Assembly: GCA_016184305.1 (NCBI GenBank)
Contig: JACPCX010000134.1
Span: forward strand, 1 to 34,140
Length of the DNA: 34,140 nucleotides
Direction of reading: 5' to 3'
Source of the DNA: Candidatus Rokuibacteriota bacterium
GTDB lineage: Bacteria; Methylomirabilota; Methylomirabilia; Rokubacteriales; CSP1-6
Part shown: positions 24,662-32,769 of the stretch, piece by piece
How positions within the stretch are numbered: the first letter of the stretch is position 1
How the letters are laid out: each line of letters starts with the position of its first letter
Translations under genes and position numbers: made by a program
The notes under the pieces: model-generated
What the model was told of the DNA's origin: nothing
Seen by the model: only the letters and a program-made list of their open reading frames with translations
Database searches by the model: none

Positions 24662-27600
24662 TCAGCCGCCGAGCTCCGCGAGGAGCTTTCGCGCCTGATC
24701 AGCTTCGGCGAACGTCCCGCCCCCCTGCAGCGAGCGGCGCAGCCAGGTGGCGGCCTCGTTGTTGCGCCCCAGCCGATGGTAGGTCAGTCCCAGGTGGTAC
24801 TGCACGACAACATCGTTCGTGGCGAGGTCCGCAGCCTGGCGGAGGAGCGGCTCGGCCTGCGCGTACTCCCCCCGGCGGTAATGTACGAAGCCGAGCGTGT
24901 CGAGAACCCCCGGGAGGAGCGTTCCGAAGGACGGGTTCCTCGTCACCAGCTCGTGCGCCTTGCGGGCGAGGGACAGCGCCTCGTCCAGGTCCCTTCCTCG
25001 AGACGCGTAGAGCCAGGCCGCGTTGTTGGGCGGGCGAGGGTCGGCCGGGAGCAGTGTCTGCGCCCGCTTGTAGACAGCGATCGCCTTGTCCACGTCGCCT
25101 CTGCGCTCGTATGCGCTCCCCAGGGTGACGTGGGCAGGGCCGTGGTTCGGATCGAGCCGGACAGCGGTGCTCAGCGCCTCGCTGGCTTCAGGCACGGAGC
25201 CGGCCCGCAGGAGCAGATCACCCAAGACGTAGTGGCCACCCGCCAGTCTCGGCCGCCCCGCCACCAGCTCCTTGGCCACCGTGATCCCATCGGCAAGACG
25301 ATCTGCCTGCCCGTACAAGGTCGCGAGGCGGAGCTTGATGTCGTACCGCTCAGGTGCCCCGCGTGCAGCCGTCTCGAGATAGGGAATGGCCAGCCGCCGC
25401 TTGCCGCGAACCTCGTAGTAGGCGGCGAGCAGGGCGTTGGCCTCGACGTTGTCCGGCTCGGCCCTGAGTGCCGCCCTCAGATGCTCGGCCGCATCGTCGG
25501 GCCTCCCCTCCTGGGCCCTCAGCAACGCCATGGCCATGTTGGCCGGAGGGAACGTCGGATTGATGGCCAGGACTCGTGTGAACTCCCCCTCCGCCTCCTT
25601 CCTCTGCCGGTTGAAGAGGTAGGCGCGCGCCAGCGCGTAGCGAGCCCGCACATCGCCGGGATCTCGTCCGACGGCTGTTTCCAGTTCCTGGATCTGAGGG
25701 GCCGGGGTCTGACGTCCCTGGGCCCGTTCGTCTCGGTTCCGGCCTGAAAGGGAGGCCAGGGCCATCCGCGCCTCCCCCAAGCCTGCATCGATCTGCAGAG
25801 CCTGCTCGTATGCCTTCCTGGCTCCGGATCCGTCTCCCCGGGCCGCGAGAGCCTGTCCCAGGTAGTAGTGATTCGTGGCAACCCGCGGATTCAGCCGGTT
25901 CGCGTGCTCGAACTGCTTGACGGCCTCGGCGGGATTCCCCTTCTTCAGGTGAGCAATCCCGAGTAACGCGCGGGCCTGGAACAGGCCGGGGTTTGCTCCC
26001 ACGACGGAAGCGAGTCTGGTTACCGCCTCGTCGGCCCGTCCCTTCTTCAAGTACGCATCGGCCAGCGGAAGCGCGAGCTCCGGAAGATTCGGATTCCGCT
26101 CGATGGCTGCCTCCAGGACCGGAATCATCTGATCGGTCCGAGCCTGCCTTGCGTAGAGCCCGGACAACACCAGGGCAGCCGGCACATGGCCAGGCTGCTT
26201 CCTCAGGATCATCTGGAGGTGCTCGGCGGCGTCGCTCTCCTTCTTCTCCCGGAATGCCAACCGGGCCAGGTTGAAGCGGGCGGGCGGGTACCCCTCGTCC
26301 AGGGACACCGCCCGACGGTACTGGGTCTCGGCCTTCCTGGGCGCGCTGTTCGACAGGTACAGGCTGCCCAACGTGGTAAGCAAGGATGGGTCTCGCGGGC
26401 TGCGCTGCGCCGCCTCCTCGGCGAATGCGATGGCCTCGGCGAGGCGGTTCTGACGGACCAGGGCCGCCAATTTCGCGTCGATCGCTCTCCTGTCGCGCGG
26501 GTCCGACCGAAGAGCCGCCTCGAACTCCTTGAAGGCTTCGTCCGGCTTCTTCTGGAGATCGTACAGGACGCCCAGCCCCAGATGCGCCCCGACGAGGCCG
26601 GGGGCGAGCTCGAGGGCCTTGGCGTACATCTCCTGGGCTCGCCCGAAGTCGTTCCGAGTCACGTGGATCCGCCCGAGCAGCTCGTAGGGCTCCGGCCTGG
26701 CCGGGGCCCACCTCTGGGCTTCACGCGCGGCCTTGACTGCGTCGTCCAGGCGGTTCAGGGCGAGAAGGGTCTGTGCCACGCGCAGGTGGTAGTCCGCGAC
26801 CCGGCGCATGGGCTTGGCAAGTCGCTGGAACTCCGTGAGACCTTCACCCGGCCGGCCCACCTGCACGAGGGCCGCCGCCAGGCCATAGCGCCCCAGGAGG
26901 TTGTCGGGCTCCCGCTTCACGACTTCCTGAAACTCGGCGAGGGCCAGCTCCGGGCGCTGCCCGCTGAGCGCCGCCGCCCCGAGGACGTTGCGGACTGCTG
27001 TGGCATCGGGGAAACGCCGCACGAAGGGACCGAGAATGGCCATGGCGCTGTCATAGCGACGTCCCTTCACGTAGACGTCAGCCAGTGCCAGCTCGAATCG
27101 CGCTGACCAGGCCTGGGAGGCGACCGCCTCGAGCTCCCGCACTGCCTCGTCCAGCTTGCCCTCGGCGATCAGGAGCTCGCTCATGGCCAGGCGCGCCTTC
27201 GGGTTCTCTGGCGCACTTGCCCTCGCTTGGCGCAGAAGTCCGGCCGCAACGTCCCGCTTCCCGTGGCGGAGAGACAATCGCCCAAGGCCAACCAGGGCGT
27301 CAATGTGCTTTGGATTCTGAGCCAGCGCGGCCCGGTACGCCTTCTCGGCTTCGTCTGGCCGGCCGGCGCGCGCCTGCGCCTCTCCGTATGCCTGCAGGAT
27401 ATCCGCGTCGGTGGGGGCCAGCTTTAGCCCAGCGGTGAGGGTTCGGATCGCCTCCTCTGACCGCCCCTGCCCGCTGAGGGCTGCACCCACGACGTAGTGT
27501 CCATACGGGCTCCCAGGAACTTTCTCGAGAAGCGCCTCCCCGTGTTCCCTCGCGCTCCTCCAGGCTTCGAGAGCCAGGAAGGCCTTGGCCAGCTCGAGGC

Positions 27601-27952
27601 GCGCGCCGACGAGCTCGGGTGCGAGGTCCACGGCGCGCCCCAACTCGCGGACGGCATCCCCGTGCCACGACTTCTGGCGATAAGCGCGGCCCAGCGCATG
27701 GAGCGCCGGCAAGAGCGCTGGGTCGATCTGAAGCGCGTTCTTGAGCTCGATGACCGCTTCGTTGTGCTTACCGGCCTCGAGGTACTGGAGGCCCCTCTGG
27801 AGGTGACGCTGCTTCCGGACACCCGGGTCCTCGCCGCACGCCGCGAGGATCAGCAACACCGCAAGAAGGATCCAGGAACTGGGCCAACCCCTGGCCGACA
27901 GGCACCGTCCGGGCTTCTGTGATCGGCCGCTCCTGATGGCTTGGCCCTGCAT
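24662..27952 (-). CDS. Large TPR-repeat lipoprotein, PrsT-like (PEP-CTERM/exosortase system associated)
   Basis: Lipobox LILAAC, then EAVIELKNALQIDP, more than 20 TPR-like units, and C-terminal NNAAWLYA...LDTLG.V.Y...YHLG typical of PrsT-like proteins. Divergent from a PEP-CTERM gene. Confidence 0.8.
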   Translation of the reverse strand: MQGQAIRSGRSQKPGRCLSARGWPSSWILLAVLLILAACGEDPGVRKQRHLQRGLQYLEAGKHNEAVIELKNALQIDPALLPALHALGRAYRQKSWHGDAVRELGRAVDLAPELVGARLELAKAFLALEAWRSAREHGEALLEKVPGSPYGHYVVGAALSGQGRSEEAIRTLTAGLKLAPTDADILQAYGEAQARAGRPDEAEKAYRAALAQNPKHIDALVGLGRLSLRHGKRDVAAGLLRQARASAPENPKARLAMSELLIAEGKLDEAVRELEAVASQAWSARFELALADVYVKGRRYDSAMAILGPFVRRFPDATAVRNVLGAAALSGQRPELALAEFQEVVKREPDNLLGRYGLAAALVQVGRPGEGLTEFQRLAKPMRRVADYHLRVAQTLLALNRLDDAVKAAREAQRWAPARPEPYELLGRIHVTRNDFGRAQEMYAKALELAPGLVGAHLGLGVLYDLQKKPDEAFKEFEAALRSDPRDRRAIDAKLAALVRQNRLAEAIAFAEEAAQRSPRDPSLLTTLGSLYLSNSAPRKAETQYRRAVSLDEGYPPARFNLARLAFREKKESDAAEHLQMILRKQPGHVPAALVLSGLYARQARTDQMIPVLEAAIERNPNLPELALPLADAYLKKGRADEAVTRLASVVGANPGLFQARALLGIAHLKKGNPAEAVKQFEHANRLNPRVATNHYYLGQALAARGDGSGARKAYEQALQIDAGLGEARMALASLSGRNRDERAQGRQTPAPQIQELETAVGRDPGDVRARYALARAYLFNRQRKEAEGEFTRVLAINPTFPPANMAMALLRAQEGRPDDAAEHLRAALRAEPDNVEANALLAAYYEVRGKRRLAIPYLETAARGAPERYDIKLRLATLYGQADRLADGITVAKELVAGRPRLAGGHYVLGDLLLRAGSVPEASEALSTAVRLDPNHGPAHVTLGSAYERRGDVDKAIAVYKRAQTLLPADPRPPNNAAWLYASRGRDLDEALSLARKAHELVTRNPSFGTLLPGVLDTLGFVHYRRGEYAQAEPLLRQAADLATNDVVVQYHLGLTYHRLGRNNEAATWLRRSLQGGGTFAEADQARKLLAELGG

Positions 27953-28044
27953 GGAGGCTCCTCACCGAGTCTACCAGCAAGTTTCGTGGCGGGTCGAAAA
28001 GGGCGCGGCCCAACGCGGCAGAGGGCGGAGAAGCCTCTGCGAAG

Positions 28045-28240
28045 TGTTGCCAAATCCGACATTCCCATGGCCCACTTCGGCCGCTGTAGCTACTTTCCGG
28101 ACGTTTCCCACCGGGCCCCTCGTTCGCACGGACCCAGTGCGCGCGGCCCAGGCAAGAAGAACCGAAATTCAGCCACTTCCACTCGGTGAGACATTCGCGC
28201 TCACGCCGTACCAATCCGGCGAGCGTCGGGTTTCCTTACA
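28045..28240. promoter_or_regulatory. Candidate enhancer-binding-protein sites (TGT-N11-ACA type)
   Basis: TGT-tgccaaatccg-ACA at 28045-28061 and CGT-cgggtttcctt-ACA at 28224-28240, upstream of a sigma54 box; A-tract at about 28280-28292. Confidence 0.5.
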
Positions 28241-28302
28241 GGTGACCCCTGGGACTGGACCATCTGCCCCCACAACGCGAAGAAAAATAAACACTCCCGC
28301 GT

Positions 28303-28319
28303 CTGGCACGGCACCTGCA
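28303..28319 (+). promoter_or_regulatory. Sigma54 (-24/-12) promoter
   Basis: CTGGCACG-GCAC-CTGCA with correct GG-N10-GC spacing, about 70 nt upstream of the PEP-CTERM gene. Confidence 0.8.
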
Positions 28320-28387
28320 CTACCTGGCCACCGTGGGGTCCGTATATCCCCGATCGGGACAAGACAGAGCTTGAGGAGGCGGGTCTG

Positions 28388-29452
28388 GTGACTAGGATCA
28401 GGGCGTTGGTGGCGGCGGGGCTGCTGGGCGCCCTCGCGTTTCCCGGGCTGGGCTCGGCGCTCACACTCCCGCCGCCCAGCCCGTTCAGCACGGGGTTCGG
28501 CGACTTCTTCGTCTACTCCATGGCGCTCGAGAATCTTCTGGCCGGATTCGGCGCACTCAGCCCGGGCGATCCCTTCCGCATCAAGTCCACAGCGGGCGAG
28601 CTCAAAAGCCTCGTCGTGATCTACACCGGCGAGAGTGGCACGGACGTGACCACGAACACCCCAAGCCCGCTGTCCGCCAACGTGGCTGACGACGTCTTCG
28701 CCGCTGTCTCGGGCGCTTGCCCGCCGAACTGCACGTTCAGCACCGTCACCGCCGGGGACCCCTCGGGCGGTCCGCTCGTGGGGGACAAGACCACGACGTG
28801 GGACATCACCCTTGCGGGGCTTCAGGCCTATCTCGCCGGCAATGATCTGGTGTACCTGTTCAACAATAACCAGACCGGGAACACCGCAGGCGAGGACTTG
28901 CTGGGCTGGGGCCGGGTCACGCTCCACGACAATGCCACGTCCACACCGCTTCCGGACATCTGCTTCGACTTCAACACGACCACGACCGGGGTGTCCGTCT
29001 TCTCCCAGTCGAACTGCGCCTCCACCCCTGGCACCACGGGCGACGTGACCAACCCATCCGGAACCTCCATCGGTACCGGAGACTTCGTCAGGGCGGTCGG
29101 GGAACTGTGCGTAGAGGGGGACTTACCCAACATAGGGGACGTGATCCCCTGCGCCTCCACGAACAGCGTGAACGACATCGGCCCCATCGATCAGAATCTC
29201 GGCAAGGACGAGGTCGCGTTTGCCCTCTTCTCACCCGAGCTGAACGATCTGCAGCACTGGATCGATCTCGGCTACGATGTCGCCCAGCACTGGTTCGAAC
29301 TGCGCAACCTGAACAACGGCAGCGAGAATCTATTCATCTGCAACTTCTGCGACATCCAGACCAAGGTTCCGGCGCCTGCAACCGTGGTTCTCCTGGGCGC
29401 CGGACTGCTCGGGCTGACCGTTGTGGTCTGGATGAGACGCCAGGCTCGGTAG
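28388..29452 (+). CDS. PEP-CTERM-type (VPAP variant) exosortase-sorted surface protein
   Basis: Sec signal ending GSA; Thr/Gly/Asn/Asp-rich body with several Cys; C-terminal VPAPATVVLLGAGLLGLTVVVWMRRQAR (motif, TM helix, basic tail). RBS GAGGAGG. Confidence 0.88.
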   Translation: MTRIRALVAAGLLGALAFPGLGSALTLPPPSPFSTGFGDFFVYSMALENLLAGFGALSPGDPFRIKSTAGELKSLVVIYTGESGTDVTTNTPSPLSANVADDVFAAVSGACPPNCTFSTVTAGDPSGGPLVGDKTTTWDITLAGLQAYLAGNDLVYLFNNNQTGNTAGEDLLGWGRVTLHDNATSTPLPDICFDFNTTTTGVSVFSQSNCASTPGTTGDVTNPSGTSIGTGDFVRAVGELCVEGDLPNIGDVIPCASTNSVNDIGPIDQNLGKDEVAFALFSPELNDLQHWIDLGYDVAQHWFELRNLNNGSENLFICNFCDIQTKVPAPATVVLLGAGLLGLTVVVWMRRQAR

Positions 29453-29497
29453 GGCTCGCCAAACACTCCACAACGCCTCCGGAGCTCGGGTTCCGGC

Positions 29498-29745
29498 GCG
29501 TTTCTGCCTCCTTCCCTGAACACGGCGCTCGCGCTCTGCCAGGCGAACGGGATCGGCGGGACAGGCTGCCCCTGGGACAGCCTGTCGATCCGAATGGATC
29601 TCGACGGCCTCAGCAACGGATTCGAGCAGCTTTCGCTCCTGACGGCAGACCCGGTCACCGTGCTCAGCCGGGAAGCCTCATGCTCGTCGGCGCGAGTCTG
29701 ATCGGGCTCGGCGTGCTGGCCTGGAGGCGAAGCCGCCGCGCGTAG
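29498..29745 (+). pseudogene. 3' remnant of a second, paralogous PEP-CTERM gene with a frameshift
   Basis: Frame from 29498 reads AFLPPSLNTALALCQ...WDSLSIRMDLDGLSNGFEQL...VTV, compared with FSPELN...YD...ELRNLNNGSENL in the upstream gene. After a 1-nt shift at about 29663 it reads QPGSLMLVGASLIGLGVLAWRRSRRA*. No N-terminal part. Confidence 0.75.
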
Positions 29746-29763
29746 GCCGCACCTCCGGCCGGG

Positions 29764-29772
29764 TGCTAGAAT
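29764..29772 (+). promoter_or_regulatory. Extended -10 (TGC TAGAAT); probable leaderless start of gspE at ATG 29780
   Basis: TGnTAGAAT followed by 7 nt and then ATG; no Shine-Dalgarno sequence. Confidence 0.55.
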
Positions 29773-29779
29773 GCCGCCC

Positions 29780-31340
29780 ATGAGCGCCGCCGCCCGCCGC
29801 CTCCTCGGCCAGATCCTCCTCGAGTCGCGCGCGATCACCCCCGACACGCTGGAGGCGGCCCTCGAGAGGGGGCGCCGCAGCGGCGAGCGACTCGGCGAGG
29901 CGCTGGTGGCCCTCGGCGCCGCCATCACCGACGACGTCCTGCGCGCGCTGGCAACACAGCGCGGCCTGACCTTTCTCCAGGGGGACGAGATCCCATCCAC
30001 CCTGCCGGTCCTCGACGCGCTGTCCCTGAAGTACATGCGCCAGTATGCGGTGTGCCCGGTGGCGGTGGACGGCTCCACCGTCCACGCCCCCCACGGCGCT
30101 CCAGCAGATCGTCGCGGGTGTCGCCGCCCCGGGCGGAGAGATCGAGGAGGACGTGACCCACCTGCGGGACCTGGCGCTCGAAGCGCCCGTGGTCCGCCTG
30201 GTCAACCTCCTCCTCGAAGAAGCGGTGGCGGCCGATGCCTCCGACATCCACATCGAGCCCTTCGAGAGCGCGCTGCGCGTGCGCTACCGCATCGACGGGC
30301 TGCTCTACGATCAGGAGGCGCCGCCCCGGCGGCTCCAGGCGGCGCTGACCTCCCGGATCAAGCTCATGGCGGAGATGAACATCGCCGAGCGGCGCCTGCC
30401 GCAGGACGGGCGCATCCGCGTCACGATCCAGGGCCGCCGCATCGACATCCGGGTCTCCACCATGCCCACGGTCCACGGCGAGTCCATCGTCATGCGCCTG
30501 CTCGATCGCTCGTCCGTCTTCCTGCCCTTCGAGCGACTCGGGCTATCGTCCGCCATGGCCGTGGAGCTCGGCCGGCTGATCCGGCGGCCGCATGGCATCA
30601 CGCTCGTGACGGGGCCCACGGGATCGGGCAAGACGACCACCCTCTATGCGGCGCTGGACAAGATCAATGCGCCGGACAAGAAGATCATCACCATCGAGGA
30701 CCCCGTCGAGTATCAGCTCATGGGCGTCAATCAGATCCCCGTGAACCCGAAGATCGGTCTCACCTTCGCCAACGGGCTGCGTCACATCGTGCGCCAGGAT
30801 CCGGACGTGATCATGGTCGGCGAGATCCGCGACCTGGAAACCGTGGACATCGCCATCCAGGCCGCCCTCACGGGGCATCTGGTGTTCTCGACACTCCACA
30901 CGAACGATGCGACAAGCGCCGTGACCCGCCTGCAGGACATGGGCGCCGAGCCGTACCTGGTCTCGTCCGTCCTCGCGGGCGTCCTCGCCCAGCGGCTGGT
31001 GCGCCGCGTATGCGAGCAATGCCGGGGCCCATACAGCCCTGACCCCGCCGATCTCCTGGCCATCGGAATCACCGAGACTCCGGGAGTCGAGCTGTCGCGC
31101 GGCCGGGGATGTGACGCCTGTCGCGGCACCGGTTACCGTGGGCGGACCGCCATGTACGAGCTGCTCAGGGTCAGCGAGGAGGTGCGGAGCCTCATCCTCC
31201 GCAAGGTGCCCGCCGGAGCGCTCCGCCGCCACGCCGTGGAGGCCGGCATGACCACGCTGGCCGAGGACGGCTGGATCAAGGCCCGAGCGGGCATCACCAC
31301 CGTCGAGGAGGTCGTCCGCGTGAGCCGGGAGGAGAGCTGA
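29780..31340 (+). pseudogene. gspE: Type II secretion ATPase GspE/PilB family, split by a frameshift at about 30085
   Basis: The first frame encodes the MshEN-like N-terminus (LLGQILLE...RLGEALVALG...LRALATQ...YAVCPV). A second frame (track 30045..31340) carries APVVRLVN, ASDIHIEP, GPTGSGKTTT, TIEDPVEY, RQDPDVIMVGEIRD, TGHLVFSTLHTND and a CxxC...CxxC zinc site. Confidence 0.75.
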
Positions 31341-31348
31341 GAGGGCTC

Positions 31349-32572
31349 ATGGCCACCTTCCTCTATCGAGCCTTCGATCGCAGCGGGAACGTGGTCGCCG
31401 GCGTCATGGAGGCCGCGGATGCCCGCGCCGTGGTGGAACGGCTGCAGCGCGACGCCTGTTTCCCCGTCCACGTCGCCCCGGAACACGCGTCCGATCGGCT
31501 CTCCCTCTTCGCCCGGCTCCGGCTCGGGCGCCAGTCCGTCGCGCGGCACGACCTCGTCGCCTTCACCCAGCAGCTCGCGAGCCTGCTCGAAGCGGGCCTC
31601 CCGGTGGATCGCGCGCTCGGCATCCTGCAGGCCGCTGCGCCCACACCGCGCCTGGCCACCATCACGGGCGACCTGCTCCGGAGCATCCAGGGGGGCAGCG
31701 CCCTGAGCGAGGCGCTGGCGAAGCATCATCCGCGGCCCTTCTCGCGGCTGTACGTGAGCATGGTCAGGGCGGGCGAGAAGGGCGGCGTGCTGGAGGCCAC
31801 GCTCGGACGTCTTGCGCGCGTCCTGGAAGACGCGCAGGAGTTCCGGGACACGGTCACCTCGGCCCTGGTCTACCCCGCGCTGCTCATGGCGGTGGGCGCC
31901 GCCACGGTGGTCTTCCTCATGACCTTCGTCGTGCCCCGGTTTGCGGAGATCTTCCGCGACCTCGGCCAGCCAGTGCCGCTGCCGACCGAGATGCTGCTGG
32001 CGACGAGCGCGGCGCTGCAGCGCCACTGGTGGGGGCTGCTGCTGGGTTGTGGCGCTGCGCTGCTCGGCGCGTGGACGGGGCTCAGCACCGAGACTGGACG
32101 CTGGTGGTGGGACCGCCTCGCGCTGCGCCTCCCGCTGGCGGGCAGCATCGTCCTCAAGGCGGAGGTGGCCCGGTTCGCTCTCATCCTCGGCACCCTCCTG
32201 AGGGGCGGGGTGCCAATCCTCACCGCGCTGGGTGCCGCCGAGGACACGACCTCGAATAGCGTCCTCCGCCATGCGGTGGCCCGGCTGGGCGACCAGGTCA
32301 GGCGGGGAACGGCGCTGTCCGCTGCCATGACCGGCGTGGGGATGTTCCCCCCCCTGGCGCTCCACCTCGTGCGCGTGGGCGAGGAAACCGGCCGGCTCGA
32401 GGACATGCTGCTCAAGCTCGGCGAGACCCTCGAGGTCGAGGTGCGACGGACCGTCAAGCGGCTGACCAGCCTGCTCGAACCGGGCATCATCCTGGCGGTC
32501 GGCCTCGTCGTGGGCTTCATCGTCGTCGCCATGCTGATGGCGATCTTCTCGATCACCGAGATCCCGCTGTAG
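31349..32572 (+). CDS. gspF: Type II secretion system inner-membrane platform protein F (GspF/PilC family)
   Basis: MATFLYRA, FTQQLASLLEAGLP, LYVSMVRAGEKGG.L, ALVYP, FVVPRF, VGEETGRL, LTSLLEP. Confidence 0.92.
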   Translation: MATFLYRAFDRSGNVVAGVMEAADARAVVERLQRDACFPVHVAPEHASDRLSLFARLRLGRQSVARHDLVAFTQQLASLLEAGLPVDRALGILQAAAPTPRLATITGDLLRSIQGGSALSEALAKHHPRPFSRLYVSMVRAGEKGGVLEATLGRLARVLEDAQEFRDTVTSALVYPALLMAVGAATVVFLMTFVVPRFAEIFRDLGQPVPLPTEMLLATSAALQRHWWGLLLGCGAALLGAWTGLSTETGRWWWDRLALRLPLAGSIVLKAEVARFALILGTLLRGGVPILTALGAAEDTTSNSVLRHAVARLGDQVRRGTALSAAMTGVGMFPPLALHLVRVGEETGRLEDMLLKLGETLEVEVRRTVKRLTSLLEPGIILAVGLVVGFIVVAMLMAIFSITEIPL

Positions 32573-32714
32573 CCCGGCGCGCGGCGCCCAACCACCTCGT
32601 GCCCCGCCCTGCCGCCCATACGCTTCACTGTCTCCCCCATAGTTCCTGACCACAAGACCCTTGACGCGGTCCTTCGCGTCGAGGTAGACGTCTTGCCGAG
32701 CGATTCGGAGTCGG

Positions 32715-32758
32715 CGGATATTCTCTTGCTCTAGTGCGAATGTTCTCTTGCTCTAGTT
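32715..32758 (+). repeat. 22-bp direct repeat (2 copies) directly upstream of the RHS-like gene RBS
   Basis: cggatattctcttgctctagtg / cgaatgttctcttgctctagtt, with an identical 15-nt core ttctcttgctctagt; followed by GGAGG and ATG. Confidence 0.85.
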
Positions 32759-32769
32759 CGGAGGCCGCC

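Noticed and set aside
249..27106. Many long antisense or alternate-frame ORFs (e.g. 249-1898 +, 1968-4037 +, 3823-6138 +, 18201-19865 +, 21234-23246 +, 23936-25747 +)
   Set aside because: Arg/Pro/Ala-rich shadow frames of well-supported genes, expected at this GC content; no family motifs.
28038..28053. Sigma54 promoter for the TPR gene (minus strand TTGGCAACACTTCGCA)
   Set aside because: Spacing is GG-N9-GC rather than the required N10. The site is better explained as part of a TGT-N11-ACA element.
30100..31042. C-terminal part of track ORF 29771-31042 as a novel domain
   Set aside because: It is out-of-frame read-through after the gspE frameshift; the real ATPase sequence is in the other frame.
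32661..32760. LexA/SOS box or a firm sigma70 promoter upstream of the RHS-like gene
   Set aside because: The GTTC/GAAC spacings fit neither GAAC-N4-GTTC nor GTTC-N7-GTTC, and TTGACG at 32661 has no well-spaced TAnnnT partner.
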